Source: Alphaproteobacteria bacterium
GTDB lineage: Bacteria; Pseudomonadota; Alphaproteobacteria; Rickettsiales; SXRF01
Direction of reading: 5' to 3'
DNA length: 64,000 bases
Assembly (NCBI GenBank): GCA_033763775.1
Contig: JANRJW010000010.1
Coordinates: forward strand, 90,430 to 154,429
Each line of letters starts with the position of its first letter. The stretch's first letter is position 1. This document shows positions 30,412 through 41,342 of the stretch, piece after piece. The notes under the pieces are model-generated. The model was not told the origin of the DNA and did no database searches. It was given only the letters and a program-made list of their open reading frames with translations. Both the position numbers and the translations under genes were made by a program.

Positions 30412-31938
30412 GTGGTTTCACACATTTCAACTCTGACTTTTGAAGGCCTGAAGGCTGTGCCCATCGACGTGCAGGTGCAGATGGTGACCGGCCTGCCATC
30501 CGTCACCATTGTCGGCCTCGCCGATAAGGCGGTGGCGGAATCTAAGGAGCGGGTGCGCTCCGCCATTCATGCGCTGGGTTTGTCGGTACCGGCGAAGCGT
30601 GTGATTGTGAATTTATCACCTGCTGATATCCAGAAAGAGGGCAGCCATTTCGATCTGCCGATTGCGCTTGCCATTCTGGTTGCGATGGGCGTGCTCCCGC
30701 AGGAAGAGCTGGATGGCTATGTGGCGCTCGGCGAGCTGTCGCTGGACGGGGCGGTGCTGCCGGTATCGGGCGTGCTGCCGGCGGCGATGCATGCCGCGAC
30801 CGAGAATAAAGGCCTGATCTGCCCTGGCGCCTGCGGCGCCGAGGCGGCATGGTCGGGCTTAGAGCCGGTGCTCGCGCCGCCCTCACTGCTATCGCTCATC
30901 AACCATATCAAAGGTGCGCAGCTTCTAAGCCCGCCTGCCTGCGCTCCCGAAGAAAGCTCTCTGGTCTCTGCCGATATGCGCGAAATTCGTGGCCAGAGCC
31001 TCGCGCGCCGTGCGCTGGAAGTGGCGGCGGCGGGCGGTCATAACCTGCTGATGGTAGGGCCGCCCGGTGCGGGCAAATCGATGCTGGCCTCATGCCTGCC
31101 CGGCATTCTGCCGCCGATGGATGCCAGCGAAGTGCTGGAAGCGAGCATGATTGCCTCGATTGCTGGAAAAATTGAAGGTGGCAGGCTCTCCCGCCAGCGA
31201 CCATTTCGCGCGCCCCACCACAGCGCCTCGCCCGCGGCCATGACCGGCGGTGGCAAGCGCGCACTGCCCGGCGAAATTTCGCTGGCGCATCTGGGGGTGC
31301 TCTTTCTTGATGAACTGCCGGAATTTCCGCGCGCCGTGCTCGAATCGCTGCGCCAGCCGCTGGAATCCGGCACCATTTCTGTGGCGCGCGCGGCGGCTCA
31401 TGTCAGCTATCCGGCGCGGTTTCAGCTGGTGGCGGCAATGAATCCATGCCGCTGCGGCTACCTCACCGATCCTCTACGTGCCTGCGGCAAAGCGCCGCGC
31501 TGCGCCGATGAGTATCAGGCGAAAATATCCGGCCCGCTGCTTGATCGTTTTGATATGACCATCGAGGTCGCCGAAGTGCCGACGCTGGAAATGCTGAGCA
31601 CCAGCTCCGGCGAGCCGTCCGAGCGCGTGGCGGCGCGGGTGCTGGCTGCCCGCCAACGCCAGAAGGAGCGCTACCAGAAAAACAACCTGCCGGTGCGCAC
31701 CAATGCCGAAATCTCCGGCGAGGCGCTGCACCAGAGCGTGGTGCCCGATAGCGCGGGCAAAGCGCTGCTGGAGCAGGCAACCAGCCAAATGCGCCTTTCC
31801 ATGCGCGGCTATACCCGGGTTTTGCGGGTGGCGCGCACCATTGCCGATCTGGAGGCTAGCGAGCAGGTGGAAAAGCGTCATATCGCCGAGGCGCTTTCCT
31901 ACCGCCATATGCAGCTTTCCAGGCTGGAAGCTGCTTAG
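30412..31938 (+). CDS. comM: YifB/ComM Mg-chelatase-like AAA+ ATPase
   Basis: ESKERVRSA, GPPGAGKSM, FRAPHH, LFLDELPEF, SGPLLDRFD. Confidence 0.93.
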   Translation: MVSHISTLTFEGLKAVPIDVQVQMVTGLPSVTIVGLADKAVAESKERVRSAIHALGLSVPAKRVIVNLSPADIQKEGSHFDLPIALAILVAMGVLPQEELDGYVALGELSLDGAVLPVSGVLPAAMHAATENKGLICPGACGAEAAWSGLEPVLAPPSLLSLINHIKGAQLLSPPACAPEESSLVSADMREIRGQSLARRALEVAAAGGHNLLMVGPPGAGKSMLASCLPGILPPMDASEVLEASMIASIAGKIEGGRLSRQRPFRAPHHSASPAAMTGGGKRALPGEISLAHLGVLFLDELPEFPRAVLESLRQPLESGTISVARAAAHVSYPARFQLVAAMNPCRCGYLTDPLRACGKAPRCADEYQAKISGPLLDRFDMTIEVAEVPTLEMLSTSSGEPSERVAARVLAARQRQKERYQKNNLPVRTNAEISGEALHQSVVPDSAGKALLEQATSQMRLSMRGYTRVLRVARTIADLEASEQVEKRHIAEALSYRHMQLSRLEAA

Positions 31939-32936
31939 AAATGCGAAAACCCTTTTTTATCTAAAGCCATCTCGCTACCATCTTTATCCAGCACCACCAC
32001 GCCGCCAGCGGCCGTGATCTCGCCGATGCGCATCACAGAGCAGGGTAGCTCCAGCGCGCTCACCTCATGCTGGCTGGTAAAAAGCAGTTCATAATCATCC
32101 CCGCCGGAAAGCGCCGCTTCCAGATGTCCGGGCTGTTTTCTTGCGGCGTCTGACAGCGGCAGTGCTGCAGCATGAATCACCGCGCCCACGCCCGATGCTT
32201 TGCAGATATGCCCAAGATCCTGCACCAGCCCATCGGAAATATCCATGCAGCTGGTGGCGATGCCGCGCAGCTTCATGCCCAGTTCCAGGCGTGGCTGGGG
32301 GAGCAGGTAGCGGGAAATGAGAAATTCCCTCTCCCTTTCAGGGAGAGGGACAGGGTGAGGGTTAGAATGGTTGTAAGGGTTAGATGTATAACCCCCACCT
32401 TTATCCTCCCCCTGAGAGGGGGAGGAAATAAGGGGTAAGCCCAGCGCGCTGTCGCCCAGTGTGCCGGAGACATAAATGCCATCGCCCGGCCTCGCGCCGC
32501 TTCGCCTGAGCGCCGCGCCGCGCGGCGCCAGCCCCATGGCGGTGATAGACAGGGTAAGGTCGTTTTCTGACGAGGTGGTATCCCCGCCCGCGAGATGAAG
32601 GCCAAATTCTTTCTGGTCTGAGGCAAGGCCGAAGGCGAAAGAGGCAAGCCAGTCACCGTCTGCGCGAGGTAGTGACAGCGACAAAAAATAGCAAAGCGGC
32701 TCAGCGCCCATGGCGGCGAGATCGGAAAGATTGGTGCGTAGTAATTTGCGCGCAATCAGCGCTGGCTCTTCGTTTCCTATGAAATGAATGCCCCAGTTCA
32801 TCGCATCCTTGGTGACGATGAGCTGCTGGCCGGCCGGGATATCCAGAATCGCCGCATCATCAGTTAAATTCAGCCCGCCGGGAAAACCAGCCGCAAGCGG
32901 CGCGAAATAGCGATGGATCAGTTCAAATTCATGCAT
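31935..32936 (-). CDS. thiL: Thiamine-phosphate kinase
   Basis: EFELI, DDAA, NLSDLAAMG, GGDT, MDISDGL, GGDDYEL. Confidence 0.96.
   Translation of the reverse strand: MHEFELIHRYFAPLAAGFPGGLNLTDDAAILDIPAGQQLIVTKDAMNWGIHFIGNEEPALIARKLLRTNLSDLAAMGAEPLCYFLSLSLPRADGDWLASFAFGLASDQKEFGLHLAGGDTTSSENDLTLSITAMGLAPRGAALRRSGARPGDGIYVSGTLGDSALGLPLISSPSQGEDKGGGYTSNPYNHSNPHPVPLPEREREFLISRYLLPQPRLELGMKLRGIATSCMDISDGLVQDLGHICKASGVGAVIHAAALPLSDAARKQPGHLEAALSGGDDYELLFTSQHEVSALELPCSVMRIGEITAAGGVVVLDKDGSEMALDKKGFSHF
32325..32428. repeat. Family B dimer in frame in thiL
   Basis: tccctctccct-ttc-agggagaggga and tcctccccct-gag-agggggagga; peptide SSPSQGEDKGGG...NPHPVPLPERE. Confidence 0.9.
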
Positions 32937-33402
32937 GGTAGCGTTGATGCAGTGCGCTCAGCGCGCCATACACAAAATCGACCTCAGCATCGTCAAAAAA
33001 GCGGCGCGTCAGGCGCGTATATTCATCGATAATCACCTTCGGCTTGCCGTCTTTATGGAAGAATAATTCAAAGGTTGCGCACTCTAAAATCGCAAGCAAC
33101 ACCGGGCTCATGCGCTCGCGCTTCCAGTCTTTGCCGAAGGCGCTATCCACGCGCTCGCGGATTTTTTCTTCCCATTCCTCCACACCGGAAAGCAGCGCCA
33201 AAAGCAGCGGATAGTTTGGCTCGATGCTGCTACCGAGTATCTGTTTCTGCTCCGGCTTATTGTTCGCAAGCTGTTTCTTCACGGCTGCCACGCACGCATC
33301 GCTGCTTCGTTTTTTGCCTTCAACCGCCATCTGATACAGGCACTGCACCGCGACTAGCCGGGCTGCGGATTTTTTCTGAAGTGAAAGGTTGATCGTGGTC
33401 AT
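32929..33402 (-). CDS. nusB: Transcription antitermination factor NusB
   Basis: ARLVAVQCLYQ, VIIDEY, FVYGAL; ribH-nusB-thiL synteny. Confidence 0.92.
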   Translation of the reverse strand: MTTINLSLQKKSAARLVAVQCLYQMAVEGKKRSSDACVAAVKKQLANNKPEQKQILGSSIEPNYPLLLALLSGVEEWEEKIRERVDSAFGKDWKRERMSPVLLAILECATFELFFHKDGKPKVIIDEYTRLTRRFFDDAEVDFVYGALSALHQRYHA

Positions 33403-33828
33403 TTATGCACCAAATTTCTTTTTAAGCGCCAGCATGGCAAGGCAGGTTTCTGCCGCTGCGCCGCCCTTGTTGCCTTCGCGCCGGTCAGCACGAAGCATTG
33501 CCTGCGCCTCATTTTCGACGGTGAGGATGCCATAGCCAATCGCGATCTTTTTGTCGGTGGCAAGGTTCATCAGCCCGCGCGCGCTTTCACCGCATACATA
33601 GTCATAATGCGTGGTCTCGCCGCGAATCACGCAGCCCAGCGCCACATAGCCGTCATACTTGCCGCTGGCCTCTGCCATGGTAATCGCCGCTGGTACCTCA
33701 AACGCGCCGGGCACAAAAATTTCGTCGTAGCTCGCGCCCGCCTTGGTCAGCGCTGCCGCCGCACCTTTGGAGAGTTCATCGGAGATCTCTGGGTAAAAGC
33801 GCGAATTGATAATCAGGATATGCGTCAT
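33403..33828 (-). CDS. ribH: Lumazine synthase
   Basis: [22 protein letters not shown]. Confidence 0.97.
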   Translation of the reverse strand: MTHILIINSRFYPEISDELSKGAAAALTKAGASYDEIFVPGAFEVPAAITMAEASGKYDGYVALGCVIRGETTHYDYVCGESARGLMNLATDKKIAIGYGILTVENEAQAMLRADRREGNKGGAAAETCLAMLALKKKFGA

Positions 33829-34925
33829 GTCAGGCTCCTTGTGCCCACCACTTTCAGCCCGTAACCCTCAAGGCCTGCGATGGAGCGGTGGCTCGAGGTG
33901 ATGAGTACCATGCGTCTGACCCCCAGGTCGAGCAGGATTTGCGCGCCAATACCATAATCGCGCAGGTCGCTGACGATGGGTTTTTCGCCGGTTTCGCGCG
34001 CCTTGATGCGCGCACGCACGCTGTCGGAAAGGCTGGTGGGGCTGGGTTCACGAATCAGCAGCAGCACGCCGCCTTCCTTACTAATGATTTCCAGCGAGCG
34101 TTGTTTGCTGCCGCCGGCTTCGGCGTCGCCCAGCACATCGCGCAGCACATCCAGCTTATGCACCCGCACCAGCACGTCTTTATCCGGCGAAATATCGCCC
34201 TTCACCAGCGCCACATGCTCGGCATAGTTCATGGTGTTGGTGTAGATGAACATCTTAAACTCGCCGCCATAGCGGCTTTTAAACGTGGTTTCAATCTCGC
34301 GGCGAACCAATTTCTCGCGGCGGCGGCGATAGGCGATCAGATCGGCGATGGTCGCGACATTCAGCTGGTGTTTGGCGGCAAACTCCATCAGCTGCGGCAG
34401 ACGTGCCATCGTGCCATCATCATTCATGATTTCGCAGATGACGCCAGAGGGATTAAGCCCGCTAAGCCGGGCGATATCCACCGCAGCTTCCGTATGGCCG
34501 GCGCGCACCAGCACACCGCCATCGCGCGCCACCAGCGGAAACACATGCCCGGGCGAGCCAATATCGTGTTTGCCCTTTGCCGGGTCAATCGCAACGGCAA
34601 TGGTGCGCGCGCGGTCATGGGCGGAAATGCCGGTGGTGACACCTTCGCGCGCTTCGATCGACACGGTGAACGCCGTCTGGTGGCGTGTGGCATTGTCGCG
34701 CGCCATCAGGTCGAGCCCGAGCGTTTCCACGCGTCCGCGCTCCAGCGCGAGGCAGATGAGCCCGCGCCCGTGCTTGGCCATGAAATTCACTGCTTCCGGC
34801 GTGGCATACTGCGCCGGAATCACCAGATCGCCTTCATTCTCGCGGTCTTCATCATCCACTAAAATGAACATGCGCCCGGCGCGGGCATCATCAAGGATGG
34901 TTTCAATGGGGGAGAGTTGTTTCAT
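33825..34925 (-). CDS. ribB: DHBP synthase with a degenerate GTP cyclohydrolase II domain (RibBX type)
   Basis: [24 protein letters not shown]; C-terminal domain lacks the Zn-binding Cys; start 34925 or 34940. Confidence 0.93.
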   Translation of the reverse strand: MKQLSPIETILDDARAGRMFILVDDEDRENEGDLVIPAQYATPEAVNFMAKHGRGLICLALERGRVETLGLDLMARDNATRHQTAFTVSIEAREGVTTGISAHDRARTIAVAIDPAKGKHDIGSPGHVFPLVARDGGVLVRAGHTEAAVDIARLSGLNPSGVICEIMNDDGTMARLPQLMEFAAKHQLNVATIADLIAYRRRREKLVRREIETTFKSRYGGEFKMFIYTNTMNYAEHVALVKGDISPDKDVLVRVHKLDVLRDVLGDAEAGGSKQRSLEIISKEGGVLLLIREPSPTSLSDSVRARIKARETGEKPIVSDLRDYGIGAQILLDLGVRRMVLITSSHRSIAGLEGYGLKVVGTRSLT

Positions 34926-34934
34926 GGCGTTATT

Positions 34935-35010
34935 TGTCATCCTGAGCGAGCATAGCGAGTCGAAGGATCTTTTGAAAGCATAAGATCCCTCGACTACGCT
35001 CGGGATGACA
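34935..35010. repeat. Family C element at the ribE/ribB junction
   Basis: tgtcatcctgagcgag...cgaaggatct / agatccctcg...ctcgggatgaca; contains the ribE stop. Confidence 0.88.
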
Positions 35011-35575
35011 ATAATCGCTCGACATAGCGCGCAATGAGGTCGATTTCCAGATTCAGCACATCGCCCGTCTTCCGCTCGCCCAGCGTGGTTGCCTGCCAGG
35101 TATGGGGAATGATATTCACCGAAAAACGCGCCCCTTCCACCTGATTCACCGTGAGCGACACGCCGTCAAGCGTGACCGAGCCCTTTTCAGCGATGTAGCG
35201 CGAAAGAGCAGGGGGGGCTTCGATCTGAACAAGGTGAGAGCCGCCTTGCGGCGTGATGGCGGTGATGCGCGCCAGACCATCCACATGGCCGGTCACCAGA
35301 TGGCCATCCAGCGCATCCCCAAGCTTCATCGCACGCTCAAGATTAACCTTATCGCCACTGTTCCAGCGTGGCGCGGTGCGAGCGAGCGTTTCTCCGGAGA
35401 GCTGAACAGTAAAAGAACCTTGCTGCCAGGTGGTGACCGTCAAACATGCGCCGCTAACCGAGATGGATTCACCGATACGCAGATCGTTCCACGGACAGGA
35501 AATGGCCAACGTCAGGTCGCCCTCTTGTTTAGAGGAAATAACGGTGCCAATGGAGGTGATAATACCTGTGAACAT
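34994..35575 (-). CDS. ribE: Riboflavin synthase alpha chain
   Basis: MFTGII N-terminus, GACLTV, VNLERA, GHVDG, DGVSLTV. Confidence 0.96.
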   Translation of the reverse strand: MFTGIITSIGTVISSKQEGDLTLAISCPWNDLRIGESISVSGACLTVTTWQQGSFTVQLSGETLARTAPRWNSGDKVNLERAMKLGDALDGHLVTGHVDGLARITAITPQGGSHLVQIEAPPALSRYIAEKGSVTLDGVSLTVNQVEGARFSVNIIPHTWQATTLGERKTGDVLNLEIDLIARYVERLLSSRA

Positions 35576-35580
35576 AATGC

Positions 35581-35607
35581 TGTCATCCCGGCTAAGACTG
35601 GGATCCA
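35581..35607. repeat. Solo family C end containing the ribD stop
   Basis: tgtcatcccggctaagactgggatcca. Confidence 0.75.
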
Positions 35608-36605
35608 TCCTTCTCATAAATTTCAAGCATATCCCTGTCAAACATCGTTTCACTCACTTTCTTCCAACCGCTGAGGCGCTCTTTCAGTGAGCCTTCAACA
35701 ACCGAAAGCCCATCCTCGCCAATATTATGCGGGGCTTTGAACCAGTAAAGCGTATCCACCATGCCGGATTCGAGCATGGCGGTATTCAGCTTCTGCCCGG
35801 CCTCGACCATCACCCGGGTGATGCCTTTTTCCGCCATGGTGCCGAGGGCTTCGGGAATCGTTTTGCTGCCCAGCACCCACAGCGCTGATACATCTATCGT
35901 TTTGGAAAGGTTGCTGCCTCGTGGCAAACGGTGGCTACGATCCAGCACCACGCGCACCGGCGATTTGTGTTCAAGCCCTGGTGCGCGCACGGTCAGCAGC
36001 GGGTCATCGGCCAGCACGGTGCCAATGCCGGTGAGAATCGCATCAAACTCGCTGCGCAGGCGGTGCACCTCGGTGCGCGCGGCCTCGCCGGTGATCCATC
36101 GCTCGTTGCCGCCAGCGATTTTTTCATCCGCCGAGGTGGCTACTTTCATCATGACATAGGGGCGTTTCTGTTCCACAGCCGAAATAAAACCGCGGTTGAG
36201 CTCGCGTGCTTCCTGCTCGCACACGCCAAGCACCACCTCAATGCCCGCCTCGCGCAGCTTCGCAATACCTTTGCCGCCCACCAGCGGGTTCGGATCCCCA
36301 CAGGCAATGACTACCCGGCTGATGCCTGCAGCGATAATGGCATCCGTACAGGGAGGGGTTTTGCCCTGGTGCGCGCATGGCTCCAGCGAGACATAGAGTG
36401 TTGCACCACGCGCTGCTTCGCCCGCTTTCGCAAGCGCTTGCGGTTCGGCATGCGGCCTGCCACTGCGAGCGGTGAAACCTTCGCCGATAATGGCATCATC
36501 TTTCACCACCACCGCGCCCACCGCCGGGTTTGGCCAGGTCTGGCCGAGATTGGTGCGCGCGAGCGTGAGTGCAGCCTTCATATATGTGGAATCGATGTTT
36601 GGCAT
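35592..36605 (-). CDS. ribD: Riboflavin biosynthesis deaminase/reductase
   Basis: PNPAVG, HAE, SLEPC...PPC, GTVLADDP. Confidence 0.96.
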   Translation of the reverse strand: MPNIDSTYMKAALTLARTNLGQTWPNPAVGAVVVKDDAIIGEGFTARSGRPHAEPQALAKAGEAARGATLYVSLEPCAHQGKTPPCTDAIIAAGISRVVIACGDPNPLVGGKGIAKLREAGIEVVLGVCEQEARELNRGFISAVEQKRPYVMMKVATSADEKIAGGNERWITGEAARTEVHRLRSEFDAILTGIGTVLADDPLLTVRAPGLEHKSPVRVVLDRSHRLPRGSNLSKTIDVSALWVLGSKTIPEALGTMAEKGITRVMVEAGQKLNTAMLESGMVDTLYWFKAPHNIGEDGLSVVEGSLKERLSGWKKVSETMFDRDMLEIYEKDGSQS

Positions 36606-36612
36606 ATAAATT

Positions 36613-36730
36613 TGTCATTCCCGCGAAAGCGGGAATCCAGTTCTTTTAATAAGACGAAAAATGTCTCCTGACATTTTTCTTTTCTGGATCCCGTGCTTCG
36701 CCGTCTACTGACGGCGTCCACGGGATGACG
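36613..36730. repeat. Family C element between nrdR and ribD
   Basis: tgtcattcccgcgaaagcgggaatcca ... tggatcccgtg...cacgggatgacg; internal aaaaatgtc-N4-gacattttt. Confidence 0.9.
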
Positions 36731-37189
36731 CTACTCCCCTGTTTCCCCTAATTCACCGACGATGTCTTCAAAATCCTTGGCTTCCGTGAAATCACGGTAC
36801 ACCGAAGCAAAGCGGATATAGGCCACGGTGTCGATTTTCTTGAGCTCTTCCATCACGATCTTGCCGATCATGGCGGTGGGGATTTCGTTTTCGCCGATGG
36901 ATTCCAGTTTCTGGGTGATGCGGGTGGCGAGCTGTTCCGTCTGCTCGGAGGTGACAGGGCGCTTGCGAAGCGCAATGCCGAGCGAGCGCATCAGCTTGTC
37001 GCGGTCAAACAGCCTGCGCTCGCCATTTTTCTTGACCACGGTAAGTTCGCGCAGCTGCACGCGCTCGAAGGTGGTGAAACGTGAGTTACATTCCGGGCAA
37101 TAGCGCCGGCGGCGGATGGATGTGCCATCATCGCTGGGGCGAGAATCTTTCACCTGAGTGTCGTCATGACCGCAAAATGGGCATTTCAT
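36731..37189 (-). CDS. nrdR: Transcriptional repressor NrdR
   Basis: MKCPFC, IRRRRYC, ATP cone, AYIRFASVY. Confidence 0.97.
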   Translation of the reverse strand: MKCPFCGHDDTQVKDSRPSDDGTSIRRRRYCPECNSRFTTFERVQLRELTVVKKNGERRLFDRDKLMRSLGIALRKRPVTSEQTEQLATRITQKLESIGENEIPTAMIGKIVMEELKKIDTVAYIRFASVYRDFTEAKDFEDIVGELGETGE

Positions 37190-37204
37190 AATCTACTCCT
37201 TACG

Positions 37205-37401
37205 TGTCATCCCCGCTTTATGCGGGGATCTAGAGCCCATAGCTCCATTTGAAATTGTGGCTCCAGACCCCCGCGCAAGGCGGGGGTGACGAAAAAACAT
37301 GACCGCATAGGCGGGGATCCTGTAGGTGCCCCCCGAAGTTTGAACAATGTTTGCTATACTCATCATGAACCTCTTACAGGATCCCCGCTTTCGCGGGGAA
37401 T
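37205..37401. repeat. Two adjacent family C elements (37205-37291 and a decayed one at about 37299-37401)
   Basis: tgtcatccccgc...gcggggatct ... agacccccgc...gcgggggtgacg; then gcggggatcctgta ... tacaggatccccgc. Confidence 0.8.
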
Positions 37402-37403
37402 TT

Positions 37404-38699
37404 CTAGTAAATCGGGAACCGTTTACACAGCTCTTCCACTTTGGTTTTCACGGCTTTTTCCACCGCGCTGTTGTCGCCACCTTTCGATAAGCCATCCAGC
37501 ACATCGCCAATCAGCTCGCCGATCTGTTTGAACTCGGCTGTGCCAAAGCCGCGTGTCGTGCCCGCCGGTGTGCCGAGGCGAATGCCGGAGGTGATGAATG
37601 GTTTCTCCGGATCAAACGGAATGGCGTTTTTGTTGCAGGTAAGGCCAGCGCGCTCGAGCGATTCCTCGGCGGCTTTGCCGGTGACTTTTTTGGCGCGCAG
37701 ATCCACCAGCATCAGGTGGTTGTCGGTGCCGCCGGTGGTGATGGCAACACCCCGTTTTGTCAGCGTTTCCGCTAGTATGCGGGCATTATCCACAATCTGT
37801 TTGCCATACGCTTTGAACTCTGGCCTGAGCGCTTCGCCGAAGGCTGCGGCCTTGCCGGCGATCACGTGCATCAGGGGGCCGCCCTGAATGCCCGGGAAAA
37901 TCGCCGAGTTGAATTTTTTGCCAAGCTCGAGGTCGTTGGAGAGAATCATCCCGCCGCGCGGGCCACGAAGTGTTTTGTGCGTGGTGGTGGTCACGACATG
38001 GGCGTGGGGCAGGGGCGAAGGATACATGCCTGAAGCCACCAGCCCGGCGATATGCGCCATATCCACCAGCAGGTAGGCGCCCACTGAATCGGCGATGCGG
38101 CGGAAATGCGCCCAGTCAATCACCCGCGGATAAGCCGAGAAACCAGCAATAATCATTTTCGGTTTGTGTTCTTTGGCAAGGCGTTCCACTTCGTCCATAT
38201 CAATCAGATGGTCGCTCTCACGCACGCCATACGCCACCGCCTTGAACCACTTGCCTGACTGGTTGACCGACGCGCCATGTGTCAGGTGTCCGCCTGCCGC
38301 CAGCGACATGCCGAGGATGGTATCGCCCGGCTGCAGCAGCGCGGTGAACACGCCTTGGTTGGCCTGTGAGCCGGAGTTGGGCTGCACGTTGGCATAGGCG
38401 CAGTTAAATAGCTTGCAGGCGCGCTCGATTGCGAGTTTTTCAGCCACATCCACAAATTCGCAGCCGCCATAATAGCGCTTGCCGGGATAGCCCTCGGCAT
38501 ATTTGTTCGTTAGCACGGAACCTTGCGCATCAAGCACCGCTTTGCTTACGATATTCTCGCTGGCAATCAGCTCGATTTGCGTCTGCTGGCGATGCAGCTC
38601 TTCCTGCATGGAGGCAAACAGTTCGGGGTCAGACTTGGAAAGCGGCGTGGCAAAAAACGGGTTCATCATGGTCTCTTTCTTCATTGCGGCTTGGGTCAT
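37404..38699 (-). CDS. glyA: Serine hydroxymethyltransferase
   Basis: [29 protein letters not shown]. Confidence 0.98.
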   Translation of the reverse strand: MTQAAMKKETMMNPFFATPLSKSDPELFASMQEELHRQQTQIELIASENIVSKAVLDAQGSVLTNKYAEGYPGKRYYGGCEFVDVAEKLAIERACKLFNCAYANVQPNSGSQANQGVFTALLQPGDTILGMSLAAGGHLTHGASVNQSGKWFKAVAYGVRESDHLIDMDEVERLAKEHKPKMIIAGFSAYPRVIDWAHFRRIADSVGAYLLVDMAHIAGLVASGMYPSPLPHAHVVTTTTHKTLRGPRGGMILSNDLELGKKFNSAIFPGIQGGPLMHVIAGKAAAFGEALRPEFKAYGKQIVDNARILAETLTKRGVAITTGGTDNHLMLVDLRAKKVTGKAAEESLERAGLTCNKNAIPFDPEKPFITSGIRLGTPAGTTRGFGTAEFKQIGELIGDVLDGLSKGGDNSAVEKAVKTKVEELCKRFPIY

Positions 38700-39136
38700 G
38701 GATTCATTTTCCTTATGCGGGTTTCATGTCTTCCGCCTTCAAAGCGGGTGGTTAAAAATCTCTGTAGACAGTTGCGTGCGGCCGCTTCGCTGATCTGGCG
38801 CGCACCAAGGCACAGCACATTGGCATTATTATGTTGCCGCGAAAGTGCTGCTTGCTCAGTGGTCGAAACCAGTGCCGCGCGGATGTGGGGGTGGCGGTTC
38901 GCCGCAATGGACATGCCGATGCCCGAGCCGCAGATGAGCACGCCAAGCGCGCCAGGATGCTCTTTCATCCAGTCAGCAAGCTTGTGCGCATAGTCTGGGT
39001 AGTCAACGGAGGCTGTTTCCTGTGGCCCAAGATCCAGCACCTCATGCCCCGCCTGCGCTGCATCGGCAAGCAACAACTGCTTGAGAGAAACGCCGGCATG
39101 GTCAGAAGCCATCGCAATCACTGGTAGCGTAGTCAT
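38696..39136 (-). CDS. rpiB: Ribose-5-phosphate isomerase B
   Basis: SDHAG, DYPD, CGSGIG, HNNAN, FEGGRH. Confidence 0.96.
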   Translation of the reverse strand: MTTLPVIAMASDHAGVSLKQLLLADAAQAGHEVLDLGPQETASVDYPDYAHKLADWMKEHPGALGVLICGSGIGMSIAANRHPHIRAALVSTTEQAALSRQHNNANVLCLGARQISEAAARNCLQRFLTTRFEGGRHETRIRKMNP

Positions 39137-39189
39137 GTTTATTCCACTATATAATCCAGCATTTCTGCCATGTTATGGGCTAAAACGCA

Positions 39190-39927
39190 ATGGAATACCT
39201 ACATTTAGTGGCTCTCGGGGGCGCGGCGGCGCTGGGGGCGGCGATCAACGCGGTGGCTGGCGGCGGAACTTTCCTTGTTTTTCCGCTGCTTATTTTAAAT
39301 GGCCTCGGGGCGGTTGCAGCCAATATTATGGCTACCATTGCCTTGTGGCCGGGCAGCGTGGCCAGCTCGGTCGCGTTTAAATCCCAGCGCGCGCACCTTG
39401 ATATGAAGCGGCTTATACCACTGATTGTGATGAGTGTGGCTGGCAGCGCACTGGGCACATGGCTGCTGCTTTCCACGCCGGAAGCGCTGTTTGCCGGGCT
39501 GGTGCCATACCTGCTGCTGGCTGCGACGCTGATTTTTACGTTTGGCCGCTCGCTGACCATTCGCGGCAATGGCAGTAAAACAGCGCCGCTGCTGCAATTT
39601 CCCATCGCCATTTACGGCGGCTATTTCGGCGCTGGCATTGGCATTCTGATGCTGGCCATGCTGCAAATCCTTGGCATGCGCCAGATTCATGAGATGAACG
39701 CGGTGAAAACTGTGCTCGGCAGCACGATCAATGCGGTGGCATTTCTGGTGTTTGTGTTTTCACCACTGGTGGTATGGGATGTGGCGCTGGCGATGATGAT
39801 TGGTGCCATCATTGGCGGCTATGCAGGCGCGCGCCTTTCGCTTCGCGTTTCGCCGCAGAAAGTGCGTCTTGTCATTAGCCTCCTTGGCTTTGCGATGAGT
39901 GGCTATTTCTTCTTGTATGGCGTTTAG
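39190..39927 (+). CDS. TauE/SafE-family membrane protein
   Basis: INAVAGGG, YGGYFGAGIG, multiple TM segments. Confidence 0.9.
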   Translation: MEYLHLVALGGAAALGAAINAVAGGGTFLVFPLLILNGLGAVAANIMATIALWPGSVASSVAFKSQRAHLDMKRLIPLIVMSVAGSALGTWLLLSTPEALFAGLVPYLLLAATLIFTFGRSLTIRGNGSKTAPLLQFPIAIYGGYFGAGIGILMLAMLQILGMRQIHEMNAVKTVLGSTINAVAFLVFVFSPLVVWDVALAMMIGAIIGGYAGARLSLRVSPQKVRLVISLLGFAMSGYFFLYGV

Positions 39928-40083
39928 ATTTGTGCTCTAAATTTTACCTGAGTTGAACTGAATTGTTTTTACCAATAACAATTCGGTAAAAACCGCGCAA
40001 AGCGCGGCGCACGAGCGGCGAAATATGGGGCGAAGCGTTCCGGCGCACGCAGTGCGAAAAACAGGTGACGGGGATAAGAAACC

Positions 40084-41217
40084 ATGAATGAACCAGCAAC
40101 AGGCGCGCCAGCCACTCCTGTTTTGCAGCAAGCCAAAAAGGCTCATGTCATCGTAATCGGCAACGAGAAGGGTGGCTGCGGCAAAACCACCACCGCCATG
40201 CATCTTATTGTTGCGTTGCTGCGTATGGGTTTTTCGGTCGGTTCTATTGATATCGATTCGCGGCAGCGCTCGCTCTCCCGCTACCTTGAAAACCGCAAGC
40301 AAACCGCGCTGAAGGAAGATGTGCCGCTGCCATCGCCGCAGCATGTGGTGGTGCAGAAAAGCCCGTTTAACATTGTTCAGGAAGCGGAAGCAGACGAGCA
40401 TGAGCGCTTTATCAAGGCGCTTGGCCGAATTCAGGCCGCCAACGATTTTATCGTGATCGACAGCCCCGGCTCCGACACCTACCTTGCGCGCGTTGCGCAT
40501 GCCTATGCTAACACGGTGATTACCCCCATTAATGACAGCTTCGTCGATCTTGATGTGCTGGCCAATGTCGATGGGCAGACGATGAAAATCATCAAGCCAT
40601 CCATCTATTCTGAAATGATGTGGGAGCAGAAGCTGCAGCGCGCCAAGCGCGATGGCGGCTCTATCGAGTGGATTGTGATGCGCAACCGCCTTTCCAACAT
40701 CGACGCGAAAAACAAACGTTTCATGACACAGGTTACCGGCGATCTTTCGCGCCGCATTGGTTTTCGAGTGGCGCCGGGCTTTTCTGAGCGCGTGATTTTC
40801 CGTGAAATGTTCCTGCAGGGACTCACCGTCCTTGATATTATGGAAACCAAAGGTGCAACCATCTCCATGTCGCATATTGCCGCACGTCAGGAAGTCCGCG
40901 ACTTGCTGCGCACGCTGAAAATTCCGGCCATCGAGGAACGCCTCACTAAATCTGGCAGGGACGATGGTGAACAGGAAGAAAAACACGAAGCAGCTTCACC
41001 GTCTGCTGCGGAAATGAATGCCGTGGAATCGAAGAATGAACCGGCTGAAGTAAAACAGCAGGCCGACCTGCCGACAACTCATGTAGCCACCGAACCTGCC
41101 GCGGCTATCCAGCCCGCCGCCGAGACGGATAATCATCAACACAAGGTCGTTACGATGCCTCCGGCTGCACCCGTTATTGTCGCGTCGCCGCGACCGATGG
41201 TTGAGCTGGCTTCGTAA
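40084..41217 (+). CDS. mipZ: Division-plane positioning ATPase MipZ
   Basis: GNEKGGCGKTT, DSRQ, TPINDSFVDLD, WIVMRNRLS, ERVIFREMF. Confidence 0.93.
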   Translation: MNEPATGAPATPVLQQAKKAHVIVIGNEKGGCGKTTTAMHLIVALLRMGFSVGSIDIDSRQRSLSRYLENRKQTALKEDVPLPSPQHVVVQKSPFNIVQEAEADEHERFIKALGRIQAANDFIVIDSPGSDTYLARVAHAYANTVITPINDSFVDLDVLANVDGQTMKIIKPSIYSEMMWEQKLQRAKRDGGSIEWIVMRNRLSNIDAKNKRFMTQVTGDLSRRIGFRVAPGFSERVIFREMFLQGLTVLDIMETKGATISMSHIAARQEVRDLLRTLKIPAIEERLTKSGRDDGEQEEKHEAASPSAAEMNAVESKNEPAEVKQQADLPTTHVATEPAAAIQPAAETDNHQHKVVTMPPAAPVIVASPRPMVELAS

Positions 41218-41220
41218 TAT

Positions 41221-41323
41221 CGTCATCCTCGGGTCGCGCAGAGCGCGGATCCGGGATCCATTTTTGGGATTGTTTTTTTGATAGCTGGATCCCCGGACGA
41301 CGCTTTGCATCGCCGAGAATGAC
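41221..41323. repeat. Family C element after mipZ
   Basis: cgtcatcctcgg...ccgggatcca ... tggatccccgg...ccgagaatgac. Confidence 0.85.
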
Positions 41324-41342
41324 CGCTATAACAGTAAGTACC

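Noticed and set aside
36606-37403. FMN or other riboswitch upstream of the rib genes
   Set aside because: The structured sequence is accounted for by family C repeats; no FMN aptamer motifs seen.
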